From IMG/VR virus record IMGVR_UViG_3300025687_000036: a DNA stretch of 64,000 nt. One strand, written 5' to 3'. How positions within the stretch are numbered: position 1 is the first letter of the stretch; the number at the start of each line of letters is the position of its first letter. The notes under the pieces are model-generated. The model was given only the letters and a program-made list of their open reading frames with translations. It did not search any database and had not been told where the DNA came from. This document shows positions 19,062 through 29,068 of this stretch, piece by piece. The translations under genes and the position numbers were made by a program. The stretch comes from an uncultured virus (IMG/VR IMGVR_UViG_3300025687_000036). Lineage: Duplodnaviria; Heunggongvirae; Uroviricota; Caudoviricetes.

Positions 19062-20147
19062 GTGGCGATCGTCAAAGAAGTCACCGCCGGCGTGCAGTAC
19101 GAATTCTCCTCGGAAGAGGGGCAGGTCGCCGCGTCGACCACCAGGGTCTTCAAGATTCTGAAGGCCAGCGCAGGCGAGTACATCAACGTCGCCGGCGAGT
19201 GCGGCGTCCAAGTCGGGGACCAGCACCCATCGGAGTCCGGCCTCTACTGCGTGTCGTACTCAGCGCAGTACGACGGCGACAGCCGGATGGTAATCGTCGC
19301 CACGTTCAGTTACCGGGCGACACCAGGCGTCGGCGCCAACGCGGAAAGCAGCGACGGCAAGGATCAGCCGCCGGACGTGCGCCCCGCAAGTTGGTCGATC
19401 TCAACGTCGCTCCAAGAGACACCAGCGTACATCTGGAAGGCGATCACAGGGCCGAAAGTCGGCCAACCAGACGAGACGGGGCCGATCGTGAACCCGGCCG
19501 GCGACCTCTACGAGGGCGTCGTGCGGCTGGAGCCGATTGTGTCCATATCGGTCTCTCAGTACCAAGCATTCGACCCAACGCTCAACTGCCAATACGCAGG
19601 GTACGTCAACAGCAACGAGATTCGCCTCGGCAGCCTCACGATGCCGCCGCGGTCTTGTATGTTCCGGGGGGTGCAGACGACGCCGTCCAATGAGCAATAC
19701 GGTGGCATCATCTACCGAGGCTGGCGGGCAACTTATGAATTCGCCTACCGCGTGAACTGGGTCGGCGATCCGGTCAACGAAGCCATAGGGTGGGACGTGC
19801 TCCAGCCGCAAACCGGCCTCAACGTGAAGGCGTGGAATCCAGCAGCCCCGCCAGCAAACGCCGACAATTACACCCAACCGCTCAAGAAAGACAAGGATTC
19901 CGAGGGCTTCTCCATCCTTGAGCCGCTGGCACTGCCGGATGGAATCAGCGCCGGCGACAAAGTGCGTGCCCAGATTCGCATCGCCGCCCCCGACGGCAAG
20001 GTGACGCAGAGACCAAGCGCCCAGCCGATCCCGCTCAACGACGACGGCTCAGGCCGCGCCGAGGCCGCAAACCCGAAGGTGCTCTTATACCGCTACCAAG
20101 TTCAAAACGACATCAACTTTGACATACTAGGCATAAGGCTGGAATAA
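19062..20147 (+). CDS. Putative distal tail/tail tip protein
   Basis: Position after tape measure; IVNPAGDLY motif. Confidence 0.55.
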   Translation: MAIVKEVTAGVQYEFSSEEGQVAASTTRVFKILKASAGEYINVAGECGVQVGDQHPSESGLYCVSYSAQYDGDSRMVIVATFSYRATPGVGANAESSDGKDQPPDVRPASWSISTSLQETPAYIWKAITGPKVGQPDETGPIVNPAGDLYEGVVRLEPIVSISVSQYQAFDPTLNCQYAGYVNSNEIRLGSLTMPPRSCMFRGVQTTPSNEQYGGIIYRGWRATYEFAYRVNWVGDPVNEAIGWDVLQPQTGLNVKAWNPAAPPANADNYTQPLKKDKDSEGFSILEPLALPDGISAGDKVRAQIRIAAPDGKVTQRPSAQPIPLNDDGSGRAEAANPKVLLYRYQVQNDINFDILGIRLE

Positions 20148-20148
20148 C

Positions 20149-20496
20149 GTGGCCGAAGGCTTCCTTCTAGGGCCGGGACTACTTTCCCAGGTGCGTCGAA
20201 CCATCGACCGCGTCGACGGGGATGCTATAGGGAGCGGTTATCGCCGGATTCCGACGGTGCTCGAGGGGGAGGATGCGCTGCCGGCTGCGAAGGTGTTTCG
20301 CATCTGCACGTTCACCGGGGCGTGGGCGATTAACTCAACGAAGACGGTGACGCTCAAATATCAGACCAGCACGCCGAATACGGCGGTCGCGACGAATCTC
20401 TTTGCGGACGTTCCGGCGCCGGCCAGCAACGGCGACTGCGCTATCGCACGCGACGGGACGGCTTGGTTTCTCATTGCAGCGGTGTGCTCGCAATGA
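20149..20496 (+). CDS. Hypothetical tail protein
   Basis: Coupled to neighbours within tail operon. Confidence 0.55.
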   Translation: MAEGFLLGPGLLSQVRRTIDRVDGDAIGSGYRRIPTVLEGEDALPAAKVFRICTFTGAWAINSTKTVTLKYQTSTPNTAVATNLFADVPAPASNGDCAIARDGTAWFLIAAVCSQ

Positions 20497-22703
20497 TCGA
20501 CGACCCTACCTCGCTTCTGTCGCTCGGCATCTGGCTCATGGCGGCCGGAATGTACCCGCTTGGATTCCTTTTTGGCGCGTGCTCTCCGTGCTGCAAAACG
20601 TGCCCGGTAGAACACGAGTTCAATAGGTGCGTTCGTTTTGAGCGCAAAACTCCTCTTGCGCCAAAATCTGATTTGGCCCTGGACACCACGCAGGTGCTCA
20701 ATGCGTATTCCAGGCGAGTATCACGGCCAGAGGATATCGGCGGCATTTGGGCGGGTGACGGCGAATACACACTCCGACTGAATAATTTCTGGCCCATCCA
20801 CATCCAAAGCCCAAGCGCTCATTCATGGAGCGGACCATCGAGCCAACTTCCGACGACTATCGCAGACACCGCGCTGGTGGCAAGATTCTTAGACGGTCAG
20901 GAAACGCTAGAATTCGATTTTGGTGCGGAGGGCGCGTGGCTGGTGGCCGTGCAGGCAGAGCATCCGTACTGCCAGGCCAGCGTTTGCAATTGGAGCTACT
21001 TCGGCGTTTCAAACGCCACGCTGTCGATCATTCACGCCCCGCAAGTTGTGCCTTCGGTTGCTAGGCTGACCGTATTTGTTCATCCCGACGCAGACAACGT
21101 AAACAACGGATGCCCCGGAGCTGTCTTCCCAACACGCACGCTCCGGGTGATTAACTGCTCGTACGCAGTGATTGAAACAACCTGCCGATTGCCGGTAAAC
21201 GCCTGGTGCCCAAACGACCAATTTGGAAACACACCTCTAAACCGAGACCCTAACGCACCTGGCGGGTGCGGAGCAGAGCGGTTCACACCGAGCGGCGGTG
21301 CGTTTTCAACATTTATTAGTATTGCTACTCCTGTCGCGTCGTTTTTTGATGGTGATCTGTTGAGAGCTATCGAGAACGGGCCATGCGTGACGACAAGGCA
21401 AAGCAATGCTGAAAACCAGCCATGGACGCGGCCTTATCTTGTTGAATTAAACATGGAAGGAGATTTTGATGCTGGAATCATGTGCCCGCCGCCATTCAAT
21501 GACCCGACCGACTTCAACCAGAACGGATTGCCTGACGCCACCGGAATCGCGATGGCGAACGAAGGCTTTGCTTGCCCTGGCCCAGAGGTGACGATCACAT
21601 TGCCCACTTTGTGGTATTACGGGCCGTGGGTTAGCGAACTTCAGAATTGCTACTACTCAGTTGCACCAGTCGCCGGCGAGGGCGGCGGAACTATTGCGGC
21701 AGGCGACTACGTTGGCAATCTCACGCAAAGAACCTGCACAAAAACCGAGGCCCGCATTGAAATCCCGACAACGCTGGCCGGTGGTGGTGGCGCTGGCTTG
21801 ATTTCGTCAAGATACTACGCGCATCGGTGGGCGTGGTGTAGAGGAGTCGATGTCGAAGGGTTGGTGTTCACGAACGCTGTAAGGCAGCCTGGCACTCCTT
21901 TCGTTGACTTGGCAGATCAAGTCGGCGGCTGTGCGGCCGAGTACATGATTAAAGGCCAGCAGTTTTACCAGCAAGCCCTCGCGTCTATTGGCGTGACTGT
22001 GCAGGGGCCGGGTGAAGTGGCCCCCGTGCAGTCTCTGGTAATGCCGGTCGGCACAACGCCGGACCCACTCCCTCCACTCCCAAAGCACTCGCTTTTTTCC
22101 GGCCAGCCATACCCGGCCTATAACGCGACCTTTACGTGGGAGGGGAACGCCGGCGAACTGATAGCGCCAGCGAACTTTCAGCAGTCTGTTTCACGATCTA
22201 GATACGACCGACTGCTGTCAGTCAAGGTGTTTAGCACTACAACCCCGATTGCCGGGTTCGCGCCACCAATGCAAGTGATGGTACCAGGCGACGGCGAATG
22301 CGACTTGCCGGAAAACTACACACGGGCGGCAGCGTTCGTACATGAAGGCGTGCGCACATCAATAAACAACTACCCGTCCGGTTCTTACGCTTACGGGTAT
22401 CGTGTTGTGGGTGCCAAGAGAATATGTTTGTCTGTGTGGTTTTCAGCAAGAGCCTACGACAACGTCGCGGAGCCAACTTGCCCGATACTTTCAGTCGATG
22501 TCGTAGATTGGGCCGAGGCGGGCGATTCGCGGCCGTGGTGGATCGAGGACGTGTCTGTTGTTGAAGGCACGTCTCTGTCGATTCGCTTGGCTGCGTGGCC
22601 TGCAACCGGGTCGGCCGGTGGATCGCTTGGTGGCGACTTCACGGTGCGAGTCAACTTTCAGTACGGGCACATAGACCTGAGGATTCACCGTGCAAGAAAC
22701 TGA
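20493..22703 (+). CDS. Large Cys-rich putative tail tip/receptor-binding protein
   Basis: N-terminal hydrophobic stretch and CSPCC; visibly lower GC than flanks. Confidence 0.55.
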   Translation: MIDDPTSLLSLGIWLMAAGMYPLGFLFGACSPCCKTCPVEHEFNRCVRFERKTPLAPKSDLALDTTQVLNAYSRRVSRPEDIGGIWAGDGEYTLRLNNFWPIHIQSPSAHSWSGPSSQLPTTIADTALVARFLDGQETLEFDFGAEGAWLVAVQAEHPYCQASVCNWSYFGVSNATLSIIHAPQVVPSVARLTVFVHPDADNVNNGCPGAVFPTRTLRVINCSYAVIETTCRLPVNAWCPNDQFGNTPLNRDPNAPGGCGAERFTPSGGAFSTFISIATPVASFFDGDLLRAIENGPCVTTRQSNAENQPWTRPYLVELNMEGDFDAGIMCPPPFNDPTDFNQNGLPDATGIAMANEGFACPGPEVTITLPTLWYYGPWVSELQNCYYSVAPVAGEGGGTIAAGDYVGNLTQRTCTKTEARIEIPTTLAGGGGAGLISSRYYAHRWAWCRGVDVEGLVFTNAVRQPGTPFVDLADQVGGCAAEYMIKGQQFYQQALASIGVTVQGPGEVAPVQSLVMPVGTTPDPLPPLPKHSLFSGQPYPAYNATFTWEGNAGELIAPANFQQSVSRSRYDRLLSVKVFSTTTPIAGFAPPMQVMVPGDGECDLPENYTRAAAFVHEGVRTSINNYPSGSYAYGYRVVGAKRICLSVWFSARAYDNVAEPTCPILSVDVVDWAEAGDSRPWWIEDVSVVEGTSLSIRLAAWPATGSAGGSLGGDFTVRVNFQYGHIDLRIHRARN

Positions 22704-23193
22704 TAAGTGGTGTCGGTTCGATGAGGAGTCGATGCAATGCGTGCGCTGCGGATACAGGGCAGCGCGGCTGCCGACGTATCGAGTGTGCAAAAATCTGGTC
22801 GAGATGGCGAGAGATGCCGTCGTTCAGTCGGCGACGCGCCGTGTCCGAGTTCCGCCGCTCCCTATCGGCACCGCGACGGCTCGCGCGCTTTCGTCTATAG
22901 GGATCACGCCCGAGCGTTTTTCTAAAGTGATTGGAAAGCCGTGCGGTTGCGAAAAGCGAAAAACCGCCATGGACGCGGCGGGGGCGGCTATCTCGGCGGC
23001 GGTGGAGCGGGCCGCAAACGCAGTTATGAACGCGGTACTGCCATACCCGGTTTCGGAGGAAGACATAGCTGCCGTGGCAACGTCGTTTGCTCATTCTCCG
23101 ACGGTCAACCGCGGCCTTCGGGAAGCAGCGTCGGCTGGTCGCATTGCCGTGCATGGCTCCATTACGGCCGCGAGGCAGGATAAACTGAACTAA
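22690..23193 (+). CDS. Hypothetical Cys-motif protein
   Basis: CVRCG and GIT.ER....PCGCEKRK motifs. Confidence 0.55.
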   Translation: MQETDKWCRFDEESMQCVRCGYRAARLPTYRVCKNLVEMARDAVVQSATRRVRVPPLPIGTATARALSSIGITPERFSKVIGKPCGCEKRKTAMDAAGAAISAAVERAANAVMNAVLPYPVSEEDIAAVATSFAHSPTVNRGLREAASAGRIAVHGSITAARQDKLN

Positions 23194-23561
23194 TGGCCTC
23201 ATTCTCGCAAATTCCTGGCGAACTCAACATCACCTTCGTTCAAGGTGACGAGGTCGCCATCGCCCTGGACTTCGACCGCGACCTCACCGGGTACACGATC
23301 ACGACGGCCGTCTACGTGACGGCGGTGTTCGTCTCCGGCGGTGGCGGCTCCGGCTTCGTGACAGGCGTCGGCCAGACGGCGACCACGTTCGCGGTCGAGG
23401 AGACCGACCTGTCCGCCGGCCAGGTGAAGATCGGGCTCTCAGAGGCCCAGACCGCCGCCTTGTCGCCGGCCATCTCCTACCGCTGGTACATGCGGTGGGT
23501 TGACGGCGGCAACGTCACCAGGACCGTGCTTTCAGGCACCGTGACGGTGGTGAATCCATGA
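23193..23561 (+). CDS. BppU-like baseplate/fibre adaptor protein
   Basis: QGD...DLTGYT...GQVKIGLSEAQTAAL...RTVLSGTVTV. Confidence 0.65.
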   Translation: MASFSQIPGELNITFVQGDEVAIALDFDRDLTGYTITTAVYVTAVFVSGGGGSGFVTGVGQTATTFAVEETDLSAGQVKIGLSEAQTAALSPAISYRWYMRWVDGGNVTRTVLSGTVTVVNP

Positions 23562-25252
23562 GCATCACGGTCAACGTCGTCGGCCAGACGAACATCGTCA
23601 CGTCGATCACGAACTCCGACGGAGTCGACGTGTCCATCGGCACGATGGCCGCCCAGACGCTCACGTCGCTGGCGATCATCGGTGGCTCCAACGTCACCGT
23701 CACGACGACTTCCGGCGTCTTCACGATCATCGGCCGCGACGTGCCGGTCGACAGCGTGAACGGCCAGACTGGGACGGTTCTGCTGACGTCATCGTCGGTC
23801 AGTGCCGCGTCGGCCGTCCACACCCACGTCGTCACCGACATCACTGACTTCGCAGCCGAGGCAGCCAAATACGGCCCCGTTTCCAGCGTCAACGGCCAGA
23901 CTGGCACAGTCAGCCTGACGTCCGCAGACGTCAGCGCTGCGTCGGCTGCTCACTCGCACACTGCCGGGAACATCACCGACTTCGCCTCCGAGGCCGCGAA
24001 GTTTGGCCCGGTGTCGAGCGTCAACGGCCAAACCGGCACCGTCAGCCTGACTTCCGCCGGCGTGAGCGCCGCGTCCGCCGTCCACACCCACGTTGTGACC
24101 GACGTGACGGACTTCGCGACAGAAGCCGCTAAATATGGGCCGGTGTCCTCGGTCAACGGCCAGACCGGCACGGTCAGCCTGGCTGCCAGCGACGTGAGCG
24201 CCGCCTCGGCCGTCCACACCCACGTCGCCACCGACGTAACGGACTTCTCGACAGAAGCCGCTAAATATGGGCCGGTGTCCTCGGTCAACGGCCAGACCGG
24301 CACGGTCAACCTTGTGGCCTCCGATGTCAGCGCTGCCTCGGCGACCCACGCCCATTCGTATGTCCTGTCGCTAAACGGGCAGACAGGAACGCTCTCAATC
24401 GCCGCCGGCGACAACGTCACGGTCAGCACCTCCGAGGGCTCGATCACGATCGCTGCCGCTGCCGGAGGAACCTCCGGCGGGAGCGTGACCAGCGTCAACG
24501 GCCAGACCGGCACGGTCGGCCTCGTCGCCTCCGATGTCAGCGCTGCCTCGGCCGTCCACACCCACGTCGCCACCGACGTGACGGACTTCGCGACAGAAGC
24601 CGCTAAATATGGGCCGGTGTCCTCGGTCAACGGCCAGACCGGCACGGTCAGCCTCGTGGCCTCCGATGTCAGCGCTGCCTCGGCGACCCACGCCCATTCG
24701 TATGTCCTGTCATTGAACGGGCAGACAGGAACGCTCTCAATTGCCGCCGGCGACAACGTCACGGTCAGCACCTCCGAGGGCTCGATCACGATCGCTGCTG
24801 CTGCCGGCGGAACCTCCGGCGGGAGCGTGACCAGCGTCAACGGCCAGACCGGGGCGATCACGCTGGTCGCCACCGACGTCAGCGCCGAGAAGCGGCTCAC
24901 ATGGGGCGTCGTCAGCATCGACAACACATCCGCGACTCTCGAGCACAACGTCGACTTCGGGACGGCGACAGTGATCCGAGTCACCCCTATCACCGAAGGG
25001 AACTTCGGCGCCACCGGCGCCGCCAACGGCTCTGAGGGCGCCCACTACCGCCTCATCAACGCGACCACAATTCTCGACCCGTCGCTCGCATTCACCATCG
25101 TCTACGAGTCGACGGCGAGTTTCGCGACCAATCGATTCCACACCGTCGACGGCCTCGACCGCGTCCTCGGCCCGTCGGAGCAGGCCGAGATCATGTACGA
25201 CCCGTACATCAACCGATGGAGAGTGACGCCGTGCTGCGGAGGCGGCTACTAG
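23558..25252 (+). CDS. Repeat-rich tail fibre protein
   Basis: Many VSSVNGQTGTV and HTH (His-Thr-His) repeats; very Ser/Thr-rich. Confidence 0.85.
   Translation: MSITVNVVGQTNIVTSITNSDGVDVSIGTMAAQTLTSLAIIGGSNVTVTTTSGVFTIIGRDVPVDSVNGQTGTVLLTSSSVSAASAVHTHVVTDITDFAAEAAKYGPVSSVNGQTGTVSLTSADVSAASAAHSHTAGNITDFASEAAKFGPVSSVNGQTGTVSLTSAGVSAASAVHTHVVTDVTDFATEAAKYGPVSSVNGQTGTVSLAASDVSAASAVHTHVATDVTDFSTEAAKYGPVSSVNGQTGTVNLVASDVSAASATHAHSYVLSLNGQTGTLSIAAGDNVTVSTSEGSITIAAAAGGTSGGSVTSVNGQTGTVGLVASDVSAASAVHTHVATDVTDFATEAAKYGPVSSVNGQTGTVSLVASDVSAASATHAHSYVLSLNGQTGTLSIAAGDNVTVSTSEGSITIAAAAGGTSGGSVTSVNGQTGAITLVATDVSAEKRLTWGVVSIDNTSATLEHNVDFGTATVIRVTPITEGNFGATGAANGSEGAHYRLINATTILDPSLAFTIVYESTASFATNRFHTVDGLDRVLGPSEQAEIMYDPYINRWRVTPCCGGGY
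23750..24860 (+). repeat. Intragenic tandem repeats: ~120-bp units and a 342-bp-period duplication
   Basis: Recurrent gtcaacggccagaccggcacggtc; sequence starting at 24301 recurs at 24643. Confidence 0.9.
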
Positions 25253-26349
25253 GCTCGAGCCTCCTCAGAGCAGGCCGGCTGGCTCTTCGCAGGCCACTCG
25301 ACGCCCGCCGAACAATCGCTCGCGCCAGACTTCTGGACGCTTCTGCGGCCAGCGTCGAAGAAGACCGCCTGGTCGACTGGATCGTCGAGGAGGCGGCCGA
25401 CCGCAGGGTTTTCTGCTCAAGGAAGGCCGCCCAGAGGCTCTTGGCGATTGCCGACAAGGCAAGAAGGCCGTACACGCCGCCGAAGCGAAGTGACGTCGAC
25501 GTCATCATCGCCTACTTCAACCCGGCCAAATACAAGAGGTCGGCCACCCACATCCACAAGACGTGCTGCGAGCTTCTCGCCGTCGGAGTCACGCCGATCG
25601 TCGCCGAGGTCGTCCACGACCAGGCGGTGGCGCTGCCGGAAGGCGTTCACAGGCTTCAGTTCTTCAGCAAGTCAGTTCTGTTCCACAAGGAGAACCTCCA
25701 GAACCTCGCCGCCTCGGTGTCGACGAAGCCAAAGATGCTCTTCATCGACTGCGACCTTGAGTTCTCGAGGCGAGACTTTCTGGACGCTGTCAGCAAATCC
25801 CTCGACGAATACGACGTCGTCCAACCGTTCGTCGAGGCCAATTGGCTCGACAGAAACGGCGCCATCGGCGAGACCAAGATCGCGATGGCGGAGGCGATGC
25901 GCTCCGGCTCAGAGCCTAACATCAACAAGTTCCACCCCGGCTTCGCATGGGCAATGACGCGAGCCGCGTTCGACGCTCTCGGCGGCTTCTATGACCTCCA
26001 CGTCATCGGAGGGGGCGACAGCGCCTTCGCCTACGCCGTAGCCAGAAGCCCCATGGAAAAGCACATCCCGACATCAGCCTGCGTGGCCGCGACAGCAAGC
26101 CACCAAGAATATGCCAAGCGCGCCGCGGCGATCGGCCTTCGCGTCGGCGCAACGCCGGGCAGGGTGTTCCATCTCTGGCACGGCACGAGGCAAAACCGCA
26201 GGTACTCGTCCAGGTACTCATACCTGCCAGCCACAGTCGACGGCGAATACCCAGTCATCCGCAGGCCGGACGGCCTCCTCGAGTGGGTCGACGACGCGCA
26301 CTCAAGGCAACTGCTTCAGTATCTTCTCGACCGCCAGGAGGACGGGTAG
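25216..26349 (+). CDS. Glycosyltransferase (GT-A fold)
   Basis: FHKENLQN, FIDCD (DxD), VVQPF, PGFAWAMTR, GGGD, FHLWHG; start uncertain. Confidence 0.8.
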   Translation: MESDAVLRRRLLGSSLLRAGRLALRRPLDARRTIARARLLDASAASVEEDRLVDWIVEEAADRRVFCSRKAAQRLLAIADKARRPYTPPKRSDVDVIIAYFNPAKYKRSATHIHKTCCELLAVGVTPIVAEVVHDQAVALPEGVHRLQFFSKSVLFHKENLQNLAASVSTKPKMLFIDCDLEFSRRDFLDAVSKSLDEYDVVQPFVEANWLDRNGAIGETKIAMAEAMRSGSEPNINKFHPGFAWAMTRAAFDALGGFYDLHVIGGGDSAFAYAVARSPMEKHIPTSACVAATASHQEYAKRAAAIGLRVGATPGRVFHLWHGTRQNRRYSSRYSYLPATVDGEYPVIRRPDGLLEWVDDAHSRQLLQYLLDRQEDG

Positions 26350-26883
26350 ATGGATTTCACCCAAGACTGGTTTTCGTGGCACGAGAAGATATGGAGTGCC
26401 GTGGTTCTGCCGCGCCTCCAAGCCGCACCGGACAGGTGGCTGGAACTCGGCTCATACGAGGGCAGGTCTGCCGCGTGGGCGCTCGAGCACATCGGCGGCG
26501 AGGTCGTCTGCGTCGACGCCTGGGGCAATGAGTCGATTGAGCGCCGATTCGACGAAAACGTCGGTGGCAGGGTCACCAAGGTCAAATCCTTCTTTCGGCC
26601 GTTTCTGCTGCGCGCTGTCTCCGAAAAGCAGAAATTCCGCGGCATCTACATCGATGGCGACCACTGCGGCCGGGCGACGCTGGAGACAGCAGTGCTATCA
26701 TGGATGCTGCTGCCGCCGGGCGGCATCATGGTCTTCGACGACTACCGCTACCACAACAAGGCGACGGCCTCGATCGGCAGGATCGACACCTGCATCGGCA
26801 TCGACGCCTTCCTCTCCTGCTACCGCCTGAAACTCCAGGTGCTGCACCACGGCGATCAGGTGATTGTCACGAAAACCGCATGA
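26350..26883 (+). CDS. Class I SAM-dependent methyltransferase (Methyltransf_24-like)
   Basis: LELGSYEGRS, CVDAW, IYIDGDH, GGIMVFDDY. Confidence 0.88.
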   Translation: MDFTQDWFSWHEKIWSAVVLPRLQAAPDRWLELGSYEGRSAAWALEHIGGEVVCVDAWGNESIERRFDENVGGRVTKVKSFFRPFLLRAVSEKQKFRGIYIDGDHCGRATLETAVLSWMLLPPGGIMVFDDYRYHNKATASIGRIDTCIGIDAFLSCYRLKLQVLHHGDQVIVTKTA

Positions 26884-26926
26884 TTCGGCCTTGACCGGCG
26901 TCTAGGCGACAGGAGAGGATAAGGCC

Positions 26927-27229
26927 ATGGCAGCCGACCACCACTTCCTGATCGCCGGCGCCAAGTGGCTCTGGAGATACACCCGCCTCCGCGGCAATGC
27001 CGCGGGTTGGGCGTACTTGCCGGACCCCAAGAACCCGAAGATGCCGAGGAAGGTGCTCATCGACAGTCGCCTCAATGGCAGGGCACTGCTCGAGACGGAG
27101 ATTCACGAGGCGCTGCACATCTGCTTCCCGCAGATGGACGAGGCCGTGATCACCGAGGCGGGCAGAGACATTTCCCGCGTTCTCTGGTTCCTCGGCTACC
27201 GAATCGACAGCGACAAGGCGCCGCAGTGA
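26927..27229 (+). CDS. Small HExxH zincin-like protein
   Basis: ETEIHEALH followed by a downstream Glu. Confidence 0.55.
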   Translation: MAADHHFLIAGAKWLWRYTRLRGNAAGWAYLPDPKNPKMPRKVLIDSRLNGRALLETEIHEALHICFPQMDEAVITEAGRDISRVLWFLGYRIDSDKAPQ

Positions 27230-27660
27230 GACTCCAGAGGCTCAACGACAACCTCGTGGTGCCGCTGTCCAAGATGCTCTCCGGCATCGAGGGCTCATTC
27301 CGGCCGTTCGGCTTCTCGCCGGCCGAGATTCGCAAAGCCGCCCACGAGGAAGACGAGCACTGGGTCATCGTCGCCTCCCAAGACGGCATCGCCCGCGGCG
27401 CCGTGCTGGCCTACGGAATGCTCCGCGGCTGGCATGACGGCTACCGCCGGCCGTCGCTAGGTCTGGCCGTCAGTCGCATGTACAGACGCCGAGGTCTTGG
27501 CACGGCACTGCTTCTGCACCTGCATCACGTCGCCGCCATCAGGGGTGTCGATGAGATCATGCTGCACGTCGACGACGACAACGCCGCCGCCAAGTCGCTC
27601 TACCTCTCCATGGGATATCGGCCGCAAGGAGGAGAATGGACATGCCGACTCGACGACTGA
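27226..27660 (+). CDS. GNAT acetyltransferase
   Basis: YRRRGLGTALL, LHVDDDNAAAKSLYLSMGY; GTG at 27226. Confidence 0.85.
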   Translation: MRLQRLNDNLVVPLSKMLSGIEGSFRPFGFSPAEIRKAAHEEDEHWVIVASQDGIARGAVLAYGMLRGWHDGYRRPSLGLAVSRMYRRRGLGTALLLHLHHVAAIRGVDEIMLHVDDDNAAAKSLYLSMGYRPQGGEWTCRLDD

Positions 27661-27902
27661 CGATCACCGAGAAGGTGCTCGAAAAAGTGAAGGCCACGCC
27701 ACCTCGACACAAGACGTGGTTCGACCGGCTCGACGCCTCGCACCAGTCTGAACTCGCGGACATCCGTCGCGGATGGCAGGCCGGCGACATCAAGTCTTCG
27801 GCTGTCAAACTCGCCAGCCACATCTCGACGACGCTGCGAGAGGACGGCATCTCGACAGTCGGCATTCAGGGGGTCTTGCAGTGGCTCAGAAACCGCGACT
27901 GA
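27636..27902 (+). CDS. Hypothetical protein
   Basis: 88 aa ORF overlapping both neighbours. Confidence 0.6.
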   Translation: MDMPTRRLTITEKVLEKVKATPPRHKTWFDRLDASHQSELADIRRGWQAGDIKSSAVKLASHISTTLREDGISTVGIQGVLQWLRNRD

Positions 27903-29068
27903 AGCAGGCCGTCCTCGACAAGGTCGTCGAAGACCAAGTCGCTGCCGGGCCGCCGGAGGACGCCGAACAGGTCACCAAAAAGACCGACGGCGACACCGTC
28001 GAGGTCCGCAGCACGAGCCGCCGCATCAAGACTGTCGAAGACCTCCTCGAGCACATCGAGGCGGATATGACGAGGTATGAAGTGGCTGCCTCCGAAGCAA
28101 CGAAGTGGGAGTGTGCCTCGAGTGACGGCGACGGCAACACGACGGTGACCGAGTTGCACCGAGTCTTCGTCAGACTGAAGCCCAAAGCCGGCCCAGGCGT
28201 CCGCGAGATCGTCGAGGCGATGATCGCCGGTGCCGTCGGGCTCAAGTCGCGGCCGGTGAGCCGGCACAAGCGCGGCGGCGACGGCCCGTGGCAGGTGATC
28301 GTCGTTGCAGACACGCACTTCGGGAAGCGCGGCTGGAAGAAGACAACCGGCCAGGCAGACTACGATCTCGACATCGCGGCGAGCGTCGTCCGCGAGGCGG
28401 CGACGGAGTTGATCGCCATCGGCAACGAACTGAAGCCGGCTCGCCGGACGATCTTGATGCTCGGCGACCTGTTCCACTTCGACAACCCGAAGTGGCAGAC
28501 GACCAGCGGGACGCAACTCGACGGCGACGGCCGGCTCCAGAAGGTCATCGAGTACGGCAGCGAGACTCTGTTGGGAATCGTCGAGCAGTCGGCGGCGTTT
28601 GTGTCGACCGACGTACACATCGTCAACGGCAACCACGACGAAACCCTGACGGCCGCGTTTCAGCGGATCATGTTCGAGCGGTTTCGCAACGACCAGCGTG
28701 TCGCGGTCTCGATGAAGTTCACCGGCCGGCAGTACGTCACGCACGGCGGCAACTTGCTTGGCATGGCCCACGGTCACAAGGCGAAGAAGCGGCTGCCGCA
28801 ACTCATGGCGCTGGAGGCAGCAGCCGACTGGTCGAAGTGTCCGTACCGCGAGTATCACACCGGACACTTCCACTCCCAAGCGGCTGAGTGGCAGAGGCCC
28901 ATCGAAACCATTGATGGGGTTCTGGTCAGGACGGCGCCATCGATCGGCGGGACAGACGAGTGGCACGCCGACGCTGGCTTCATTGGCTCCCGACGGGCTA
29001 TGGAGACCTTCCTCTACCGACCGGAAGGCGGGCTCACGGCCATGCACGTCGCCGGGGTGCAGCCATGA
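27881..29068 (+). CDS. Calcineurin-like metallophosphoesterase
   Basis: ADTHFG, LGDLFH, NGNHD, AHGH, TGHFH. Confidence 0.85.
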   Translation: MAQKPRLKQAVLDKVVEDQVAAGPPEDAEQVTKKTDGDTVEVRSTSRRIKTVEDLLEHIEADMTRYEVAASEATKWECASSDGDGNTTVTELHRVFVRLKPKAGPGVREIVEAMIAGAVGLKSRPVSRHKRGGDGPWQVIVVADTHFGKRGWKKTTGQADYDLDIAASVVREAATELIAIGNELKPARRTILMLGDLFHFDNPKWQTTSGTQLDGDGRLQKVIEYGSETLLGIVEQSAAFVSTDVHIVNGNHDETLTAAFQRIMFERFRNDQRVAVSMKFTGRQYVTHGGNLLGMAHGHKAKKRLPQLMALEAAADWSKCPYREYHTGHFHSQAAEWQRPIETIDGVLVRTAPSIGGTDEWHADAGFIGSRRAMETFLYRPEGGLTAMHVAGVQP

